Shown piece after piece: positions 7,825-16,039 of a stretch of DNA of 64,000 bases (within the stretch, counting starts at the first letter, position 1; every line of letters begins with the position of its first letter). The DNA is from a virus. Taxonomy: Duplodnaviria; Caudoviricetes. The notes beneath the pieces are model-generated. The model did no database searches. It had not been told where the DNA came from and saw only the letters and a list, made by a program, of their open reading frames with translations. The translations under genes and the position numbers were made by a program. Where the stretch lies: positions 1 to 64,000 of IMG/VR virus record IMGVR_UViG_3300032038_000022. The stretch is one strand, 5' to 3'.

Positions 7825-8568
7825 ATGAAAATAAAAAGAATTATAATAGACGGTCTCTTAGATGGAGAGAAAAATATATGTCTAAACTTAAAAGACAATG
7901 TTAATATTTTAGCTGGTTATAATGGATCGGGAAAAACTGAGACTTTGCATAATATTATTGGAGTTCTAAAATCGGCACTAGAGGAAACAATATTTGAACC
8001 TCATATCCCTGTTACTGGCAAAATCCGAATTGAATTTAATGAGGACTTAGAGGTAGTATGGACACCTGGTTCAATTGCTAAGATTGAGTATACTAGGGAA
8101 CTTCACGATGCTAAAGGATACATAAAGAAAAACTTAAGTATTTTTAATCATTGGGCAGATGAGTATTGGGATCCTGATGAAATAATTGAAGAAGTTAAAC
8201 AAAATATAAGAAACTATGATCTTGACTTGAAGCAAGAATTTTTTCAAGATATCTTTAATGATAAAAGTTTTGAAATCTTAGAGGTCGAGGGAAAATTCTG
8301 TATATCTAAACAAGATACAAATAGACTCTTAAAAATTGATGACTTAAGTATTGGGGAATTACTCTTACTATTAATCATGACTAGACCTGGTATCGATCAA
8401 AATGGAATTTATGTCTTAGATACACCAGAATTTCATATTTGTCTAGATTATCAATATGAATTAATAGATAATCTTCAAAAATATTATCCTAACCTACAAC
8501 TCATTCTTAGTACACATTCACCAAGTTTACTAGGCAAAGGATGGGGTGATACTGTAATTCATATATGA
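7825..8568 (+). CDS. ABC-type (AAA_21/AAA_15-like) ATPase with atypical Walker B
   Basis: GYNGSGKT, LSIGE, YVLDTPE, STHSP; promoter box at 7811-7821. Confidence 0.8.
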   Translation: MKIKRIIIDGLLDGEKNICLNLKDNVNILAGYNGSGKTETLHNIIGVLKSALEETIFEPHIPVTGKIRIEFNEDLEVVWTPGSIAKIEYTRELHDAKGYIKKNLSIFNHWADEYWDPDEIIEEVKQNIRNYDLDLKQEFFQDIFNDKSFEILEVEGKFCISKQDTNRLLKIDDLSIGELLLLLIMTRPGIDQNGIYVLDTPEFHICLDYQYELIDNLQKYYPNLQLILSTHSPSLLGKGWGDTVIHI

Positions 8569-8837
8569 AAAAGACAATGTTACAACAAAAAGCATCTATG
8601 TGTAAGAAAGCATGGAATAATGCAATATATAAAATTCATGCTTTAGAACATGAGATAGAATTAAGAATAGAAAAACGCAATAAGGATAAAGCATCTGGTA
8701 AGGATACTAGTAATCTTCAAGAAGATATTAATAGACATAAGTTGGCCAAGAAAATATGGCACGCAAGATGTAAAGATTGGAAAAAGAAAACATTAATTGT
8801 AAATAAACAAGCGAGCAATGAGAAACAAGGTTATTAA
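8565..8837 (+). CDS. Basic helical hypothetical protein
   Basis: ATGA overlap; resembles the next ORF. Confidence 0.6.
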   Translation: MKKTMLQQKASMCKKAWNNAIYKIHALEHEIELRIEKRNKDKASGKDTSNLQEDINRHKLAKKIWHARCKDWKKKTLIVNKQASNEKQGY

Positions 8838-9072
8838 AAATCAGAGAGCATCTAGGTACAAGAGATGTTGGCTTAATGCAGCAGCGACAGCTACTCAATT
8901 AAATCTTAAAATCAAGCTCCTAACAGCTACTTTAAAAGCAAGTAGAGAGTCGTTGACTAAAGATGAAGTTCAAAATATTCTAAAGAGACGAGTAGCATTA
9001 AGATTGGAACTTAAACAAGCTCACAAACAATGTAAGAAGTATAAAATTGAATTTAAAATTAATAATGAATAG
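8818..9072 (+). CDS. Basic helical hypothetical protein
   Basis: QRASRYKRCWLNA versus QKASMCKKAWNNA in the previous ORF. Confidence 0.6.
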   Translation: MRNKVIKNQRASRYKRCWLNAAATATQLNLKIKLLTATLKASRESLTKDEVQNILKRRVALRLELKQAHKQCKKYKIEFKINNE

Positions 9073-9117
9073 AGGGACTATATGTCCTTCTTTCTTTTCA
9101 AAGCCTTATAAATAGAT

Positions 9118-10296
9118 ATGAGTAAAATAAAAGAATTATTAGAGAGAAAGGTTAGATTAAATCTAGCTGATGTAAAAGAGCTTACAAAGCTTATTGAAGG
9201 AAAAGTAGATGTAGGGGAATTATTCACCTATGTAAAAGATCTTATTGGAGAAATAGATTTGACAACTTCTATTAGTGATCAAATAAGTCTTATAAATGCA
9301 CAAGGTACCCTTCTAAATAAAATTCTTGGATTAGGGCTTACAGATGAACAGAAGGATAAACTTCTTGTAGAATTTAAAAATAAAGCATATAAAATAACCA
9401 AGGCTAGGAAGGATGCATATACTGCTGATCCAATAGCTACTGGAAAACTTCCTCAGGTATGTTCGGTGAGATATGATGAAGGAAGAGTAATTACAGAACA
9501 ATTCCTCCTAGAAAAAGAGGCAATTTTTGGACAAAAGAATCTCTTATTGGTTATTGATATGCAAAATGACTTTGCTTCTCATGATGGTTCATTATATGTT
9601 ATAGGAGGAGAAGAAGCCAATGCAAATCTAATTTCTTTCATTAGACTAAATAGAGAAAAGATTAGTGAAATCCTATTGACTAGGGATGATCATTATCATA
9701 CACAAATTGGAATGAGTCATGCTTGGCTAGACAAAAATAATAGATTGGTAGATCCTTTTACTAAGATTACAGCTTTACAAGTAGAAAAGGGAGAATATAA
9801 GCCTAGATATATGGAAAAACAGTATGCTATTACCTACTTAAAAGCTATAGAAGCAAAGGGGGCACAGCATACACTTTGGCCTAACCACTGTATACATGGA
9901 TCTCATGGACAACAGTTCAGTGGGGAATTAATTCAGGTACTACAAGAGTGGTCGGAGGTACATAATGGACTTCATTACAAAACAATTGATAAGGGCTATA
10001 GAGATGAAGCCGAGATGTATAGTGTATTCTCCTATGCTGATGATTCACTTCCTGAATTTAGGAAAAACCTATTAGATAATATAGCTAGTGCTGGATTTGA
10101 TAAAATCTTTATTGCAGGATTAGCAAAAGATATTTGTGTTGCGGAATCAGTAAAAGACCTAGTTAAGGATGGACGATTTAAGAATAAACTTGTATTCCTG
10201 AATCACTGTATGGCAAGTATTAATAACAAAGCTACTAGTCTTAAAATTTACGATACAGCAATTAAAGACTATGGAGCTCAATACTATAAGGAGTAG
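9118..10296 (+). CDS. pncA: Nicotinamidase (isochorismatase family) with ~135-aa N-terminal extension
   Basis: LLVIDMQNDF, D.H, WPNHC, K, AGLAKDICV catalytic motifs. Confidence 0.8.
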   Translation: MSKIKELLERKVRLNLADVKELTKLIEGKVDVGELFTYVKDLIGEIDLTTSISDQISLINAQGTLLNKILGLGLTDEQKDKLLVEFKNKAYKITKARKDAYTADPIATGKLPQVCSVRYDEGRVITEQFLLEKEAIFGQKNLLLVIDMQNDFASHDGSLYVIGGEEANANLISFIRLNREKISEILLTRDDHYHTQIGMSHAWLDKNNRLVDPFTKITALQVEKGEYKPRYMEKQYAITYLKAIEAKGAQHTLWPNHCIHGSHGQQFSGELIQVLQEWSEVHNGLHYKTIDKGYRDEAEMYSVFSYADDSLPEFRKNLLDNIASAGFDKIFIAGLAKDICVAESVKDLVKDGRFKNKLVFLNHCMASINNKATSLKIYDTAIKDYGAQYYKE

Positions 10297-10331
10297 AAAT
10301 ACTCCTTTTCTTTTTAAAGCCTTATCTATGT

Positions 10332-10481
10332 ATGAGTAAATTATGTTTAAAAGAAAAATGGTATAATATACCAGATAATTCAAAAATTAAAGTAAAAGAA
10401 AATATAATCTTTGTAGATAATAAAGATATGCGAGAGAGAAATGATTTAGAAATAGAATCCAGAAAAAATTATATCAATTGA
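10332..10481 (+). CDS. 49-aa ORF, possibly the N-terminus of the downstream gene via a frameshift
   Basis: ATG 1 nt after CCTTATCTATG (10320-10330); MSKLCLKEKWYNIPDNSK...; A_AAA_AAT near 10463. Confidence 0.45.
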   Translation: MSKLCLKEKWYNIPDNSKIKVKENIIFVDNKDMRERNDLEIESRKNYIN

Positions 10482-11380
10482 TTGGTCTAGTAACCGCACC
10501 AAATTTACCCCAACCGAAGAAAATGGCAAAAAAATTAATTTTTGATCAGATTAAAGAGGCAGAAGCTAGATTTAAAGCTAAGACTCTTTCTACTGGAGCA
10601 GAAAAGTTTATAGTAGCTGCGAAAAAACTCTTTAGTCATACAATTTCTTTTATAGATTACTTGGATTTTGAGGATATTATTGATAATAATTCTTTGGAAA
10701 TTACACCAGAAGTAGAATCAAGCTTACAAAATAATCCAAGATTTAATAGTTTTAGGTATAGAGAATTGTTTAATACACGACTTATAGGATCTAATGAAGG
10801 TTTATTAGGAGACTATATTGAAAAACAATCTATCCCTAGGGAAATACGCCCTAGTCTTGTGATGTTTGATTCTGATGGGGATTGGAGATGGTCTGCTGAA
10901 AGACTCTGCTTGACAACTCTTGATAACCTAAGAGAAATTTGCAATGGTGCTGACCTAAGATTTCTTTGTAAGTTAAATACAAAAGTAAAAATTAGTGGAG
11001 GAACTGCTGATGATAAAAGAAGAGTTAAAGATTTCCTAGAAAACGGTATCATCAAAAAAAGCTGTGGCTTCGGGTATGTTAACTATTGTACACAAGGTAT
11101 AGACCATAGCGAATACTCAAAGGAGAGAGGTTGCCAAGTTATTAAACTCTACTTTGCTGGAGTATCAATATATGGTCGACTTAGTTCAGTGCCATCAAAT
11201 ACACGCTTTGATTTTGCAATGACTGGTGATAGATTAGCTCCCGATATTGTAATGAATGCGGGAAGTTTTAAATTTAGTCCTACTCCTTTTGGGGTTGTTA
11301 TATATGGGACACATGAACCAGTTATATATGAAGGATTAGATAAGATTTATTATGATTATAGTGATGAAGAGGTAGAATAA
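10478..11380 (+). CDS. Hypothetical protein (start uncertain)
   Basis: 300-aa ORF; alternatives are ATG 10523 or fusion with the 10332 ORF. Confidence 0.7.
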   Translation: MIGLVTAPNLPQPKKMAKKLIFDQIKEAEARFKAKTLSTGAEKFIVAAKKLFSHTISFIDYLDFEDIIDNNSLEITPEVESSLQNNPRFNSFRYRELFNTRLIGSNEGLLGDYIEKQSIPREIRPSLVMFDSDGDWRWSAERLCLTTLDNLREICNGADLRFLCKLNTKVKISGGTADDKRRVKDFLENGIIKKSCGFGYVNYCTQGIDHSEYSKERGCQVIKLYFAGVSIYGRLSSVPSNTRFDFAMTGDRLAPDIVMNAGSFKFSPTPFGVVIYGTHEPVIYEGLDKIYYDYSDEEVE

Positions 11381-11438
11381 AATCTACCCTTCTTTTCCTT
11401 ACCTATGTATGTATTTAACAATTAAAAAATATTAAATT

Positions 11439-12284
11439 ATGGGTGGTGGAAGCTATTCTTATTTAAAATCGGCAACTAGAGCTAAGAGTTATGAATCTAG
11501 TTCAATTAGTCAGACATTTACGTCGAAGACTATGCCAGAAGAGATGAATATTAAAGGTAAAGATCGTGAATCTTGCGATAGTACTGAGCATCCAGAATCA
11601 TTTCCTATCATTTTGGCACTTGATGTAACCGGTTCGATGGGAAAAATTCCATACTACCTAATCTCTAATGCCTTTCCAAAAATTATGAAAGTAATTATGG
11701 AACAAGGAATTAAAGATCCACAGGTATGTTTTATGGGAATTGGAGATCACTACTATGATCGAGCACCTATTCAAGTTGGACAGTTTGAATCAAGCGATGA
11801 ACTACTAGATAAGTGGTTAAAACTAACCTGGCTTGAAGGACGAGGTGGAGGTAATTGGCACGAGTCTTATACCTTGGCACATTATTACGCAGCTAATCAC
11901 ATTAAGACAGATTCTTTTGATAAAAGAGGAAAGAAAGGAGTCTTGATTACAATTGGGGATGAACCTTGTAACCCTAAACTGGAAAGCGAAAGTATAGAAA
12001 GACAGTTTGGTGATAAAGATGTTCCTACTATGGAAGCTAAGGACCTTATTGCAGCTGCGCAACAAAAATGGAATGTATTTCATATTAATATAGTAGACCA
12101 TGCTGGCATTCGCGTAAAAAGTGAGGCTAGTTGGGAAACACTACTAGGAGATAATGTAATTCATAGTCAGGACAGTGAAGGGAAAGATATAGCCGGAATT
12201 ATCTCTGGCTTGATTCTAGAATCCTATGGCATTGCTGATGCTATGAATAAAGATGCATTAATTGATTATATTAATTCATTATAA
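11439..12284 (+). CDS. vWA-like domain protein
   Basis: MGGGSYS start, LALDVTGSMG MIDAS motif, GRGGGN..ESY, IGDE. Confidence 0.8.
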   Translation: MGGGSYSYLKSATRAKSYESSSISQTFTSKTMPEEMNIKGKDRESCDSTEHPESFPIILALDVTGSMGKIPYYLISNAFPKIMKVIMEQGIKDPQVCFMGIGDHYYDRAPIQVGQFESSDELLDKWLKLTWLEGRGGGNWHESYTLAHYYAANHIKTDSFDKRGKKGVLITIGDEPCNPKLESESIERQFGDKDVPTMEAKDLIAAAQQKWNVFHINIVDHAGIRVKSEASWETLLGDNVIHSQDSEGKDIAGIISGLILESYGIADAMNKDALIDYINSL

Positions 12285-12323
12285 ACTAAAAATCGGTAGG
12301 TCTATAACGGGCCTACTTTTATT

Positions 12324-12641
12324 ATGACAAAATTATTTAATGAATTGGAAAAGGGAGATACATTTTATGTACTCGATGTAGATGAACTAGAGGTGGAAGA
12401 ATATATCTTTGTAGAATCATACTTTTATGGGAAGACATTTTTGATTATATTAACGACAAAACGACGATTTAAAATTAAAATTGATCCATTAACAGTAGGA
12501 AAAACTGAAATAAAAACTAAAGATAATTATTTTTATCTCTTTACATCTAAGAAAGACGCTCTAGCTAAAAGAAAAGAGTTGATCTGGGAGAAAATAGGTA
12601 AACTTAAAAAGGAAATTCAAAAACTTCAAGAAAAACTATGA
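12324..12641 (+). CDS. Hypothetical protein
   Basis: FNELEKGDTFY N-terminus, similar to the 12942 gene. Confidence 0.7.
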   Translation: MTKLFNELEKGDTFYVLDVDELEVEEYIFVESYFYGKTFLIILTTKRRFKIKIDPLTVGKTEIKTKDNYFYLFTSKKDALAKRKELIWEKIGKLKKEIQKLQEKL

Positions 12642-12985
12642 AAATTGTCTACCTTGAATTAGATATGTATACTTATGCAGAGACTCCGGAACTAAGAGCT
12701 TTTATAGAAGAAGTTGATAAAGGAGGATCTGAAGTAAGCGTAAACTATAATAGAAGATATAGTGAGGAATTGTATACCGATATTCTATATGTAACAACTA
12801 CAGATGAATATATAAAGGAGAGACACTTAGAAGAAGCTTATAAGGAAGATTACTTTTTAGATCCAAATAATCCAGCAGATTATGATTATATAAAAGAAAA
12901 TTTTCCAGAATATAACCCAAACCTGATTGGAACAGATGAAAATGGCAAAATCTTACAAACAGTTCAAAGATCTGAAACCTGGTGA
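12638..12985 (+). CDS. Acidic hypothetical protein
   Basis: ATGA overlap. Confidence 0.6.
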   Translation: MKIVYLELDMYTYAETPELRAFIEEVDKGGSEVSVNYNRRYSEELYTDILYVTTTDEYIKERHLEEAYKEDYFLDPNNPADYDYIKENFPEYNPNLIGTDENGKILQTVQRSETW

Positions 12986-13331
12986 TACTATATTCAAATG
13001 GGACGATAAGTTTAATATAATAAAAGAGGAGATTGAACAAATTCATCGAATTGGTAAATATACAGTTATATTCGTTCTTAAAGGAGAAATTAATCCATGC
13101 ACTGGAAAAATCTTTGTTACAAACTCACTTGGAGTTGGAGAAGTATCTATCCTTAACGGAAATCAATTTGATGAGTTTATGATGAATTTTGTAACCGAAG
13201 AAAGATTCTATACAACTGAGGAAGAGTGTAGAGAAGAAATGCAAACATTTATCTTTAGACAAATTCAAAGTATGGAAGATAAAGCTAAACACCTAAGAGA
13301 ATTATACGAAAAGAAAGAAGGGAGAAATTAA
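12942..13331 (+). CDS. Hypothetical protein
   Basis: FKDLKPGDTIF; ATG 12942 preferred. Confidence 0.65.
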   Translation: MAKSYKQFKDLKPGDTIFKWDDKFNIIKEEIEQIHRIGKYTVIFVLKGEINPCTGKIFVTNSLGVGEVSILNGNQFDEFMMNFVTEERFYTTEEECREEMQTFIFRQIQSMEDKAKHLRELYEKKEGRN

Positions 13332-15391
13332 TCTCCTTTCTTTTTTATTATTTCTATACCATTAACCCACTTACCAGACTGATTTTTTATTGTTGTAGAC
13401 TTAATTTCAAACCACTGTTCTAGATCTGTTGCTTTTGGTGTAGAGTTATATCCTAAGTTTTTATAAATCTTTCCTAATTTTTCTTTAATCTCTGATTTTG
13501 TATATTTTGATCCAGTTATAAAAGTTGCTGTAATCTCTTTAGTAATCTTAGGTTTAATGTATTGATTTTCATAACGTATTTTAAACTCTTTTTCTAAGTC
13601 TAACTTGCGATATTCTTTGCTCTTAATCTCCTTTACTGTAAATATAGTTAAATAATTCCTATAATCATCGGGAATAAGAGATAATATAATATTAAATTCA
13701 GTTTCATCTAGTATAGACCTTTGATCACATAAATATTTCATCTTGTCCGGAAAATTAGTAAATGCATTATTAAAATTACTTATTGTTGCATCTATTCTAT
13801 TTTTAGAAGAAGATGTACTATATTTCTCCCCTAGTCTAGAAAAGACACTAAAACGATCTTTGTAGTCATATTCTTGTATCTCAAAAGTCCTAAGTTCTGC
13901 TATCTGCATTAATTTATTAAATACTGGAATTATACTAGAGCCTGAATGATGATTTACTGCCACATAATCTCTTTTATAATTCGAATTTTTAGCATCAATT
14001 TCATATTTCTCTGCTAAAGATCCCCTAATCTCATCAGATGATGATTCAGAATAAGCTTGTAAAAGATTTTTAGTTTGTTTATCTTTTCTATTCATGTAGT
14101 CTATGAATTCTTGTTTAGAATTCTTATCATATCGTAAGGTAATATATAAATCAGCACTATTCTTCCATGGATTTTCATCTAATCTCTGTCTACCTAAAAT
14201 CTGTGGAAGATCCATTGAAATGTCCACTGATAAAGAATCAATATTAGCATTACTGAATATAAAACTTCTTGCGTTGGTGGAGTAAAAATCAGCACCTAAG
14301 TATACTGTTCTTGTACAGAAGGTAAACATTTTTCTCGGCTCATTTATTTTTGGAACTTTGCCTATATACTTAATTCCATCCTTTACCTTTCCACCAAATG
14401 CATGTCTAATTTGTTTCTCATTCTCTTTTGTATCAGCACATAAAACATTACATTGATCAATTGTAAGATTAGACCCTTTTATTGCTTTAGTAATATCTTT
14501 AACTGAATTAACATATATTACAGCTTCTTTGCTTTCTATTTGTTGAAGTAAACCATTTTCATCAGTATACTTATAAGTTTCAAACTTACCAGAAAGATAT
14601 GTTTGTATTATTTTCTTTATATTTGCTTGTATTGTATTCCCCTTGCCGCAATACTTTACATTTAAATTAGGTTTTATAATACAATCCCTATTCTCACTCT
14701 CCCAATCAAGTTCAAAATAAGGTAGATCTTTAAAATAATCTAACATTTCCAGATACTTAGTTAGCATTGGTGTAGCTGAAACGTAGCATACATGAGAAAG
14801 ATCCTTAACTTGCTCTACAAATTCTAATTCAGTATCTGACTTGAATTTGGCGTCAGTAAAAATGCTCTGAAATTCATCAATAACCACATAGAAGTCCTTA
14901 ATATCCTCCCCTAATACCTCTTTAACATGTCTGAAAGAATCATAAGTTACTAGGATTTTACAAGGTCTTCCTGGATTAAATGGAGAGGGTTGACAAGAAT
15001 AATAATAATCTAATATCCCCTGTTTTAGTTTCATTATTCTAGCTTTTTTATCATTGTCAGAGATCAGGCCAAGATTGCTTAATAAAATATTTCCATTATT
15101 TTTAGAAATTTTATCAATACTTAAGTCTTTTTCAAAATTAATTTGGTTCTCTACTTCATTTCTTACATAATAAACTTCTCCTTGGTGTTGGTCTTCCTTA
15201 TTCTCTAGTAGTATTCGTCTTGGACTGCATAAGATTACATTTTGAGAGTTTCTAATACAATACTCCGTTAGGCCACAACCAGTTAAAACTTTATTTAGAA
15301 TACATGGTTCACCAAAATTGAATAAATTAAATTCTTTCCAATCACTGATGTACCTAATTCCATTAGGCACAATTAATTTCTCTATCTTCAT
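13328..15391 (-). CDS. SF2-helicase-like / origin-binding-like protein, copy 1
   Basis: TGCGLTE (degenerate Walker A), DEFQ, SATP, TRTVYLGADFY, QILGRQR; start aligned to copy 2 (IVPNGIRYISDW). Confidence 0.75.
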   Translation of the reverse strand: MKIEKLIVPNGIRYISDWKEFNLFNFGEPCILNKVLTGCGLTEYCIRNSQNVILCSPRRILLENKEDQHQGEVYYVRNEVENQINFEKDLSIDKISKNNGNILLSNLGLISDNDKKARIMKLKQGILDYYYSCQPSPFNPGRPCKILVTYDSFRHVKEVLGEDIKDFYVVIDEFQSIFTDAKFKSDTELEFVEQVKDLSHVCYVSATPMLTKYLEMLDYFKDLPYFELDWESENRDCIIKPNLNVKYCGKGNTIQANIKKIIQTYLSGKFETYKYTDENGLLQQIESKEAVIYVNSVKDITKAIKGSNLTIDQCNVLCADTKENEKQIRHAFGGKVKDGIKYIGKVPKINEPRKMFTFCTRTVYLGADFYSTNARSFIFSNANIDSLSVDISMDLPQILGRQRLDENPWKNSADLYITLRYDKNSKQEFIDYMNRKDKQTKNLLQAYSESSSDEIRGSLAEKYEIDAKNSNYKRDYVAVNHHSGSSIIPVFNKLMQIAELRTFEIQEYDYKDRFSVFSRLGEKYSTSSSKNRIDATISNFNNAFTNFPDKMKYLCDQRSILDETEFNIILSLIPDDYRNYLTIFTVKEIKSKEYRKLDLEKEFKIRYENQYIKPKITKEITATFITGSKYTKSEIKEKLGKIYKNLGYNSTPKATDLEQWFEIKSTTIKNQSGKWVNGIEIIKKKGD

Positions 15392-15496
15392 AATATATAA
15401 TTTTAAAATATTAAGAGAAACCCTAGAATACTTCACCTTTATTATTGTTCTCTAGTTTTTCTCTTTCATACATAAGGACTTGAGAGGATCTAGAAG

Positions 15497-15650
15497 GCAA
15501 AATCTCATTTATTTTTTTCCCATTTTAAAAATAATCCTATAAAGGAGAGAAAGATATAAAAAATAAATGAACTTTTTCTACCTTATTCCCTCACTCCACT
15601 TCGTTCCGTTCGGTCAATGATAAAGTTCTAGGAGTCTTATTCAATAGCGT
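15497..15650. mobile_element. Conserved non-coding end of helicase-like cassette, copy 1
   Basis: GCAAAA, then inverted repeat TCATTTATTTTTT/AAAAAATAAATGA, then 40-mer at 15579-15618 (37/40 identical to 46734-46773), then GTCTTAT.CAA.AGC. Confidence 0.5.
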
Positions 15651-16039
15651 AGCTGCCAAAGCGTTAAACGAAGAGGGTTAAACGAGGGACGGACTTTGTC
15701 CCGAGTCCCGATGAGTAGCTTTGGAATGCTTCTTACACAGAGCCGGGGTGGGAGCGTTAAGTGGAATGAGGAATGAAGTGACGAATGTAGCAAGCGAGTG
15801 GCGGATGGAATCCGGGCAGGCCGGATTAATAAAAGACATTAGAAACTCTCAACGGTCAAGAAAAAAAATAGAGAGTCTTATACTCTATTTATATAATATT
15901 TAACTAATAAGACTCTCCACTAGCGACTGCTAATAATCAACGATCCTTTATCCAAATATAAGTATCTATTATTTATTATCATTAATTATATTAATTTTAT
16001 TATCATTTAGGATCTACCACCATATTTTATTTAATATGT

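Noticed and set aside
13328-15391. Known IS or transposase
   Set aside because: No DDE, HUH or recombinase motif, and no terminal inverted repeats or target duplication bounding the whole unit; kept only as a candidate novel element.
15721-15903. 60-aa ORF
   Set aside because: TTG start, atypical composition, and it lies in the GC-rich hairpin region beside the helicase-like cassette; more likely non-coding.
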